Below the pieces are notes generated by a model. The model ran no database searches and was not told where the DNA came from. It was given only the letters and a program-made list of their open reading frames with translations. A stretch of DNA of 64,000 nt. Origin: Fimbriosthenelais zetlandica (Eukaryota). Within the stretch, counting starts at the first letter, position 1. Each line of letters opens with the position of its first letter. The stretch spans positions 13,888,001-13,952,000 of the forward strand of contig OZ365112.1 in the NCBI GenBank assembly GCA_977030845.1, given 5' to 3'. Shown in pieces: positions 10,406 through 21,300 of this stretch. The position numbers were made by a program, and so were the translations under genes.

Positions 10406-13400
10406 GTATTCTATTCGTTTCATCGAAGGAACGTCTTACTCTCCGGTCCCTCCAGGATACAACAGGTCGGTTAGAAGGACTCAAAACCGGGGGAGAAAAC
10501 GGGACAAACGATCGGGCATTTAGGTGGAGAAACTGGCTACGTGTAAGCCCTGTTCTTGTGACAATATCTCGAAGCAGAGTCCGTGTCGAACACTTACTAA
10601 GGCCCGAAGTTGTACGATGTCGGGCACTTGTAGGTATTCGTTATGGTTGCTTTGAAAGACAGCCCTTCAAGGACACGGGAGGAAGGAGGAGGAGGAGAGA
10701 GAAAAAACGGTAAACAAAAGTACAGGAATAATCAACGAGGACTGCTAACAGGTGGTGGTGGTCTGACTGAGTTCAGTCTGTTTCTCTAGGTCATAAAATA
10801 CTTGATTTGTTAGATGGAAAATTCAATTTTGAATTTGAATTATCTTCTGTTGCTGGTTGCATGTAACAGCGGTTGTTTTGGGAGCAAGTGATGAAATGTG
10901 TCATGGCCTACAGCGCTATACATACCCCTATGCTATAGCTATGTAGGCCATACATGTAGGTCTTAAATTATTTTCCATTGGCGAAAATATATGACTCAAA
11001 ATGTGTCAAATTATTATTAGGATTCGACCTACTAATTGAATGCAATTTTCTGAAATTGGAAGGGATGATGCAGGGTTTTTCTTTCTGATCTACATATGTC
11101 ATTGAAGTACCAATTCTATCTTGGTCTTTCCATGTCCATGGCTTTAATTGCATGCAACTATAAGAAGCAGCTCATTTCTTAGGTCACACACTGTTTTCTA
11201 TATCATACTATTACCTGGGATGAAGGTAATCCTTGCTTTGGCCTGTTTGTATTTCCGTTTATTATTCGGGTAGCCTATATCCCTCGCTTTCGCCCTTTTT
11301 GAATCACTCACTTTGGACATGGAGCTGCCCTGCTTATTGGAGGTCATCACTTCCGCCGGAAGTCAGATATCATCCGCGACCAAATTTCATTTTCAGGGTC
11401 AATGCTAGTGGAAGCTACAGGTCACTTCAACCCCTCCCTCCCCTCTGACTAATATATTCCTTATTCTGTTTATATATGGTCTCGGAACCCTGAGACTAAG
11501 GCGAGAAATATTGGCTCTCAAAGCTGGCTCTATGCATGAAGGATGGCTTATGCTAATTTTCCACACAGCTTTTGATCGATCTACCATGGAAATCGGTGTA
11601 AATAAAAAAGATGTAGGCTTCTCGCCTTAGGCACACATATATTAGGATTTACAGCTTGTCTCTTTTGATCCATTGATTTCTTTAGCTTGATCCAGCGCGG
11701 GAGATTTGTCAAATCCCCGTGAAATGATCATTAGATTTTCTTTCCTTTACAAACAAAATACAAAGCTCTAGGTCTGTGACCTTTCTGTCCTTTATGTTTG
11801 TAAATAGATTGTGAACGAGTTTTTTGCACCACCCACTTTTCCACCTCGTAGAACCCTTTATTTCAACCACAAATTCCATTCTTATAAGGACAATTAACAC
11901 TGATTTTATTCTCAGATTTGTCCATTTTCTTATTATTTAGTTGAAATTACAAGCTTTGTAATGTTATCATTTCCAATGAGTGCATGATATTGCAACCGAG
12001 GAAGAAAATCAATCGGAAATTATCAATATATCGTTTGAAGATGCTGTTTCAGCATTTTTAAATAACACCACAGCTATTTTCACTCTCAGCAAATCAATAG
12101 GCATTGGCTGCCTGTTTTTGTTTTTCAAAATAGAGTGAGTTAAGCCAAAGGCTACCGCCACCTCTTCCCCATTGTCAACGACCTCTTCTTCAAAGATGGC
12201 GGATCGTGACCATGGCACTCTCATGAAAGGGGACGGCACAAAGGAAGAAAGACAGAGGGGAGAGAGAAAAAGGGTTTGGATATATCCATTTTATTGAATA
12301 AAGGTCCTTCTGTCCCCTAGCCTGGCTTCCCTCCATTTGTCCCCCACCCCCCTCCTTCCTGTCCGCCCTCTGCCTCCATGGATACATTTGTAATAGGCGT
12401 TCCCCTGTGATGAAGATATGAACACCTAGGGGGAACTAGTCTTGCCACTCGTCTATATCCATAGCGTCAATTTCCATGATGCTTGGAGCATTCAAAATAC
12501 AAAATTTCGATTAAGAATTAAATGAAATTGGCCTATATATAAAACTAAAAGTGGCATGAAAGAACACCAAGAAGAAGTTCAGTGATAAAGTGCATGGTAA
12601 ATGCCCATAGAAGACCTGGGTTTTAAATCATTTTAAAGTGTGAGGATTTTAATGAAAATGGGACGCGCTTTATTGATAAATTACACATGGACCGTTTAAG
12701 TTGACATTACATGGAATCACTCTTTAATGCGACCATCTTCTTGGATGCATTTTGTCACTGAGACCTCCCCTCTTGGCCTCTTGCGATCCAAAACATTATC
12801 AGACGCTTAGGCAAGGCAGCCTTTAACATTTAATCCCAGGGGAAAATTTGTTATTACGATGATGCACGAGGGAAGGGCCAAACTGCGACGCCAAGGTGAG
12901 GTGTAATGGGAAAATATGTCCCCGAAAGGGTCCTCTAATTGGCAAGTTAACGCCACCAAGATGCATTCAGGCTCACGTTCTATGCAATCACAGACACCAG
13001 GAGCGCATAGATTCTCCACATGGACATTTTGGGAGGGATCCCCATATTTGGGAGGGATCAGAGCTTGGCAAGGTCTTGGTAATGATGCGGCAGTTGGAGG
13101 TGGTGACAGGTAAAAATGGCTGGCGACTTTTGGAGGATGTGCCTGTGGAGGCAATGAGAGGAGCTGGAGGAAGCTGATTGTTCTTGCTGCGACTAATGAT
13201 GAGGTATTGCGTGCGTTCACGAGCGCCCACCTCCAACTAAGGGGGTGTTAGAGAGAAGGTGCTTTGCCCTGCTGGATGTGAAGACGGTTGGATCCCACAT
13301 TGATGGGGGATCCTTTGTGAGTTTCTAACGTCGTCTCAGCCCTTTTGATCCTCAGCTTATGATGCAGGGAGAGGAGGATATGCCATTGAGTTAGCTAAGA

Positions 13401-14669
13401 CCTTTCCCATCTTGATGGACGATGATAAGGAGCCATGGTCCTGTCTCATCTCGCCTTGTATTTCCTCTGCATGCTCTCTGGGATTAGACCCCCTTGCTCC
13501 TGGGAATTAGAGCCTTGAATTTGCTAGTGATCCCTTTGATTTTCAAGAGTCCTTGATCATCATTTGGGCATTGATCTCTTGCTCAAGGGGTATGAATGTT
13601 CCAGGTGGGACCTGGAACTTGGGAAGAATGAGAGAGGGCATTCTTTGAATGGGCACAAGATTAAAAGTGGGCATAGATGGGTGGGTGCCTAATGAGGATA
13701 AGCACAGAAAAACTAATATAGTACAGAGCATATTAACGGAATTTTATAGCATTTTTGTAATGATCATTTCTAAAAGTGATCACGATTGAGATGACCTGGC
13801 AATAAATGGTAAATTGACAAACGTATGATCCATAAATGTGAATAAAACATAACGGGGACAATTCATCATATCTTCTGAAATCTTTCAATGAAAAATATCG
13901 CATTTTAAATTGTCAGTAAATTTAAGCGAGTGGAAGTTAATTTTGGATATAAATCTTAAACATTCCTCTGAATTGCATGGATTTATTGCCATTTGTAGAA
14001 TTTTTAAAGATTTCTCGGGAGGCAGTAAAGACTTTAAGATGATGGATTAGCGAGGGGGTCATTTGCAGTCAGAACAAGCAGAACATCTTGGAGAGATTCC
14101 GCCTTTCAATATCTGAGCCCAGGCTTCATCGCCAACAGTTCAAATATTTATCTTTCGACTCAGCGCGCTCACTCGGCCCTTTTTGCTGGGAGGAATTATG
14201 AGGGGATAATCCGAAGGGAAATCAGGACGCGTAGATCTTCTAGGAGTCATCAAAGAATGCATACATGGAATGCATGAGGTCCCTCCTGGAAGGCTAGAAT
14301 ATGTATGAGTGGAAAGGTCGCATGGGGCAAGGCTGGGAGATGGGTTCGAGATGGGGCCAGCCGAGGCAAATGTTTCATGGACCTTCAGTTCTCTTCCAAC
14401 AGGTGATATGGGATGACACCTTCAAATTTTTCATATCTAGGGGCCATGCTTTGATCCTCGCTGATGGGGTAGAGATTGTATGGTACTTTAGTCAAACCCT
14501 GGAGGAAGTATCTGGTCTGTGGAGCTATTGACCGTCCCATGGTAAGTGGTGTAGTACTTTCTAGAACATATTAGGTCTAGATAATATTTTTACAAGATTT
14601 TGCTTGAAGAGTAAATATATGACCAGACCATACATGTAGGTGCTAAGTATGTTCTATTTGAAGGGAGTT

Positions 14670-14740
14670 GGGGCCGGTTTCAGCGTTAAAATGACCCATA
14701 GACTTAGCATAGCTGATGGTTGTTTTGAAACAGGCCCCTG
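14670..14740. mobile_element. Short TIR mini-element (MITE, probably PIF/Harbinger type)
   Basis: Left GGGGCCGGTTTCA and right TGAAACAGGCCCC are 12/13 inverted matches. No coding capacity. Confidence 0.55.
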
Positions 14741-17700
14741 GGGAGACTTAAATTTTCGGGGAATATAATGGCAGATACAACAACCTGTGATTCAAACAAA
14801 GTATACGTTGTAAAATATGTATCATCAGGGGCGAAAAAAACATTGTTACTTAACCTTGGAAAATGCCTTCACCGGGAACACTGTGCCTTGACAGATTCTT
14901 TCCTTATGCGTTAACATTCATAAAACATGGGTTGGGAGGTGATCTATGGGAGTTTTGCATAGCTTGCAATATGGAAACACCTGCATGCCACAGATGCCCT
15001 CAGCATACCCATGAATAATGCCCCATTTTTGTATGTCTATAGCAAGGAGCTCTTCCTTGCATATTCCTCGCACGACCCTGACCATATCAATCGAATTTTG
15101 CCAGAGAAATCATCGGTTTCCACCCATATGAATCACCAGGCACTTTTTTATCAAGCAACTTCAGCCTACGTTCAACCATTTTTCTTATTTTGAAGTTGCA
15201 ATTGGAAAGGACTTAATTGGCCTTACGAGTTAGAAAGTCCTGCAGGAAATTTACCCAATTTGGGAGAGGGATTCGTTTACTTAGAAAGCAGAGACATTTT
15301 TAAGGAGGGCTCGATAAAATAAATGGGATTGAAGGATTTCTAAGGCAATTCATTTAGAGATTTCACCAGCTCCTTTCAAGGTGGACCAAAGGCAATGAAA
15401 TGAATATTTAGTTCTACTCCTTGAGGTAACAAGTCGCGGCCGTTTGGCACAATGCTGGTGCCCCACCAATGTGTCCTTCAGAGAAATAGAATAGCCTCGT
15501 GTAAAGAAAGCCCGTGAATATTGGAGACAGGGCAGTTTGGACTCTATTTAACTTGGTGAAGCTCTGGGACCATACATCCAAGAAACTGGCATTTCTTCCA
15601 TAGATTATTAATTGAACGAGCACGTGTGTGAATGAGACGGTAACTCGGCCTTCGATTAGGCTGAGTACCCAATGCAACCTGTTTACTTCCCTCAGACTCG
15701 GAGAAAGGAAAAAGAAAGTCAGTCACAGGTGATGAATGGACCGGTCGATATAACCAAATTTGTGTGGCTTCTATTGGAAATAGAACAAGGGCTCAATCAC
15801 TCGTTGGAAATCACCAACGGAAATCAAGGAGAATGAGAAGGGGATTGTAGTGTGTAGGGGGAGAAGGACAAGTCAATAGTAGTAAAGTATTAGAGGGAAG
15901 TTGTTCATCAGGGGAGGTAGGAAGGATTTTAGACAAGGGGTGGACGGAAGGCATCCGGATGCATCATTTAAGCAGTTGGCTAGCTCGGACGGGTCCGGAT
16001 ACGTTGTGGTGAGAATGTTTTCCTCTTAGAGAAGGTTCATCGCCTTCTTTAATTGTGGGAGGAAGGCTTTTTGCAATATCCCAGAGGGTTAATGTCAGTG
16101 TGTTAAAACTAAAGGTGCTTTGTGACCGGGGGAGATGTAGGGAGTGGGAAATAGAGGTAAAGTACCTGGGACAGAGAGGCTGTTTTGTATTTTCAAGATC
16201 CTTATGCCACTTGATAAAAATAAAAGTGAATACAAGACATAGCTTTCTGTATAGAAATAAATCTGCTGGATACCTCTATCCCTTTAAAAGTATATTGAAA
16301 AAATGTGTGAATGTGTGAAGCTAACTTTATACAATTAATTTAACATTGATAATGAGGGCAATTTGTCTCCAATAACTTTGATTATAAGTTTTTTCCACAT
16401 AGTTTTCATTCCTCCATCCCAGGGACTGCGCTTTTTCATGAAAAGTAAATCAAAATAAACGAGGCCCTTTGGTGGAAAAACCTAGATGATCGCAAAATGT
16501 CATTCCCCATGAGAAAAGAATGGTAGGCAAAGATGATAAAAGAAACATTAATGAAAGCTGAAATCATCCATCACTATTTTCACCAGTTTTTCAGTCAGAA
16601 AGCCATATATTAAAGGTCATTTCTTGTTTTTTCCCACAGATTTAGTAGTTCTAATCGAAGCGCTGGTTTTTGAGAAGTGATTGATTGGTGGTGGTTGATG
16701 GGTTTAAATTAAATGGAGACACAAGTGACGTACGAGCCTGTTCAATATCGCCTCCAGCTTGGCAGAGATGCATTATCTTCTTTCTTATTTTAATTTATTT
16801 TTTGTCTATTTTATATGATAACTGCTTACACAATGAGAATGGGGATTTAAAAGGGGGATATTCCGGAGCTGTTAGACGAGGATTTATATCGGGAGATCCC
16901 ATAAATGTTAACCATATACTTTTAATAATAACTGCAATTAATACTAAATGTCTAATGGACATTTAGTGTTCAAAATAATCCCATAACAGTTTCTATTATA
17001 CATAGCAATATTTATATTAGTCTCTTCGATAGTTGGTCAAGACATTAGGATATTTCGGTACAGAAAGGGAATTTGCAATCTGCCACGGCGAAAATGGGTC
17101 ATGACAGAAACGCCATGAGCTAGCATCAGACAAAAAATCAATACCACCCCGAGAGAACAGAGTGGGAGGGGAAAGGCAACACTAAAGGAAAGAAGAGAGG
17201 TGAGAGAGGGAGGGAGAGAGAGGAACAAGAAATACTGGACTTTTGCCAGCAGCTTGCTCTCCATACCACACGCAACACACTGTTTTAAGGCAAGCGAAAA
17301 AAGCGAATGAATCTTTTAATAGGAAAATGGTATGTAACGGTAGGATCAATAATTTCCTCCCCAAACAGCACAAAGCATCGCCATTATTTATTTCCTTTTA
17401 TTTCTATCCCAGCTTTACTTTGTTTTCTTTGCGGTTCCCTTTCATTCCCGCGGTACTCCTTCGTAAATAAAACAATTGCTCAGTTTTTATGTGCGGAGGA
17501 CAACGCATCTTCCGCCTGTAACAAAGGGATACATATATTATTTACTTCTTATACTTACTATGAAATGATGAGTTATGAATTGCATAAAGTAAATGATGAA
17601 ATAAAGCTAGAAATAATCAGGTTATAAAGATAGTTTTTTTTAGTAATTTCTAGAAGGCTTGCTTGACCAATTCCTCCGTCACATGCATCGTCACTTCGGT

Positions 17701-18010
17701 CACATTGGTCATCTTGTTTTCAAAAATTACTAATCTTGAACGAAATAATGTCTTAAACGAATATATTATCGATCGACAATCGAAATATTAAATGTCCGTG
17801 AAATAAGGGACATATTTCACATACGACGATAACACAGGCCCCTGGGGTGTTAGATAATCTTTCCTTATTTTCGGAAATAATTTCACAGCAACTGTTATCA
17901 AAATGATTTCTTTGTGGCCCTTTTGGAAAGAAACGGCCTTGAGCTGTTTGTGTATAGAGTGCGGGTTATTTTGGTGCAGGCCGTGCTAGATCACACTCGT
18001 GGTATATGTG

Positions 18011-18342
18011 TGTAGGAAGGACGATAATCTTATATAGAATTATCGATGGCGACCCCTTCCACTCCTTGGCAGACGCCATTTTTCACTGTCTCAACCTCGC
18101 CCATCAGTGCAGTGTAGTTGAATCGCTGTGCCCGGCTCTGTATTGATTCTTGGGTGATATTCTCCGTGTTCTCGTATCCCCGAATAAAGCGTTTCGTCTA
18201 TGTATAATGTCTGTCCTCTACAAGTTAAATCCTGGCCGGGTGTCCTCGTGGCAGGCTATGCGGGGAAGCGTCCCAACCGAACAAGGAGCGGTCCGTCCGG
18301 CTCACATGGCTCAGTCCCAAGCCCTTCTTCCTTGAGAAGACA
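18011..18342 (+). mobile_element. Possible solo LTR
   Basis: A TGT...ACA-bounded 332-bp CpG-richer segment with TATA-like CTTATATAG, CGCCATTTT and AATAAA (18183-18188) in LTR-like order. No target-site duplication found. Confidence 0.25.
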
Positions 18343-21300
18343 TAGTGCTGGAATAAATCAAAATATTATTCAAAATGCCCGGTATTTATTGGTCAGAAAC
18401 TATTAGATATGAGATGTATTATATAACTGAAGACGATAGAGAGAAGATAGAAAATTAAAATTTGGTTTTACCTCTGAATTTCGTTGGATATTTTTTTAAA
18501 GGCCATCGTCCACTACTCACAGAAAGTGCTAAATACTATATTAGGGAGGAAAATACTTAGCCACTATGAACATAATAATTGAAATAAAAAAATTCTTTAC
18601 AGGGATACAGATGAATTTATTGAGGAAAAAAGGAAGACTATAAAGTTATATTTTAAAACGCAAAAAAAGAGATATTCACATTAGTTGTGAAGAGAGATAG
18701 AAGAGGAGAGATATACAATTGGAGGTGAGATAGGAATGTTTGGTGTTTGTACGGCCTGAAGGAGCCTAGCCCCGGTACATTCACATATATCTCTTGCTCC
18801 TGACCCCGAAAATGACACAAATCCGATAGACAAGCATCCCCTGTTTTCCCTCTCCGCATCTCCGTGTCTATGTAACCCCCACCTCAATTACCTGGCCTTC
18901 ATCTTTACGCACCCTATCCCCGCATTCTCCATAATTAATACGCCGCACATGCATGTTCCAAATGAATTCACAACGTAAAAACATAAATTCCAAGGTCAGC
19001 GCCGAATAATCTAGGGCAAGATACTTTAACCTACTTCAGGTAAAAAAAATATTGACAACAAAGTGCGACAACAAATGCACGCGCTTGAAAAAATAACGAT
19101 AATACTCCTCGTTTTATTTGCCTCTTTTCAATGATGTTCTAAAATATTATTTCTATCGCATTTTAAATTTCTATATTGTTTCAACGTAATCGCTTATATT
19201 TTTGGATGTAAATATAAGAAAATATTTGGGGTCCATAAAAATATGTTTTCCCTCCAGATGAAGTGCGTCGCAAATTTAGTGTATAATCGAAGGTACCCAT
19301 TTCCCAGGGCATTTTTCAATTCCCCCAAATGGAGGTCTGAGGTCCAAGAAGGTCGATATTTTATATAAGAGCGAGCGGGGGGCATCTGTCAAACAGCCTC
19401 AGCTGATTCGCCAACAAACAAAGCAGTATAGACTCTTCACAGAAGACCAAGTTTGAATGATAGGCGATCTAAAGGAAGACCTCTATTACATTGATTTACA
19501 CACCAGTTCAGTTTGTCGATCCTGACACTAGCCAATCGGTCACTATTGCTTGCCTATTTTTGTTTTTTCTTTTATTTCGATCCTGCCATTTTGCTAATAG
19601 CGGGCCTTTCCTCAGTTCCTGTCTCCTTTCTAAAGTTCATCCTCTGAGCAACAAGAATAAATGGAGGCATAAATATGGCCGCCTTTTACGTTTGTTTTCT
19701 TGCTATTGTCTTTCGAATTGATTACGCCGTTTTAAAAGGTCGTAAAAATAATTTTCTTCCGCAGTCTCTGATGGTTATTTATAATGAAAAATGGCCAAGT
19801 CCATGAATCACAGCTCTCAATAAGCTAATTTAGCCAATGAAAAGCTGACCTGAATAAATTCTCAGCCGCGACAAGATAATTCGTAGAATTCACATAATAA
19901 TACACAGCGACTTGTTGCTGTCCCGTCGCCAATTGCAAAGAATAATTTATCTACCCGACAACGCATGCTCCAATTAAAATGCGCGAGGTGGTATTTTTGT
20001 TTATCTAGCAACACGGTAGAGCGTGAAAAGTACCGAGAAAATGGTTTAAATTTTATATAAGTGACTCTATTAATTCCTGAACGATAAGATATGGTTAGTC
20101 GTGGGCGGGCATCTTTGAAAAAACGAGGAATTAATACATGTATCAACTTTTTATCTGATTAAAAAAAGTTTAAATTCATATGACACACTATATGTGATTT
20201 TAAAAAAACATTACGCGCAAATATAACAGTACTTTGGTATCTTTTTTTGTCACTTAAAACTTTCCCATTTTCAATCGTCTATGCATTAACGTTTTTTAAT
20301 CCATTTTTTTTTTACAACAAAGGATGTACCGATGTGAATCATTTTCCTTGTACAGTTGCAAAGAGGTGCGTTTTAGTGCCGGTCTGACAGGTATATGTAC
20401 ATTTTACAGCTCGTCCTGCGAGCCCAACGCATGTTTCCGATGTCATAAACCCACTCTCGTCCGTCCTCCAGCCCCCCGTCCTATTGTCATACTTCCATAA
20501 TAACTCCTCTTCTAACCACCCACCTCCAACTCATAACATACAACCTAGCAGGTCGGGGCCACTCCGCCTCTCCCAGCCCAAACGAAGCCATTTTGTATTC
20601 AAACCTTCCTCCTAGTTCACAAGGTCAATCCGAGCCGGCCCAACTTGGCATGTTTTTTCATTGCCCAACAACAGTTTTATCCCAGGTAATTGTTCCAAGC
20701 GGCTATCATAGCTTGTATATTTATCCACAGGGCCAGTAAATCGTAATTATCAAAGCGTACGTCCCACACGGGCTGAGCATTGCCCAGGTAATTATCGATA
20801 ATCCTCTTTCAACAATATTCTTAGGCCATGATTTGATGTCTTATTATTTTTCCCCTGGAGGAGGGAGACAGGTGGAAGGGACATAGTGGAGGATTTTCCT
20901 CCTGTCCAGGGGCTTGTCTATGTATCATTTGGTTACATCCGTGGTGGAAGGATTAGTATAAATCTGAGTAATCCATATCTACTCTTCTCATATAAGTCTT
21001 CTTTAAAGGGGCTTTTAAACAATGCCAATCTTGTCAACAAAGGGGAATATTATTTTTCCGCTAATACCTTACTTCTGTACATTGTTGAAATAAAAATCGG
21101 ATGTTCTACGCATGTGGGTTAATTGATTATTTGCAGACAAAAATTAAGTTATCAATACACCGAATTTATATTGTTCATTCCTGATTAAAATTGCCAATAT
21201 ATCTTTCCTTAATCTTAAATTATATCAATGGTATCTGCTAACATAATAATTGGCCAGTCTATCAAAGCTCTTAGTCCAATGTAGTATAACATCTTCTGTT

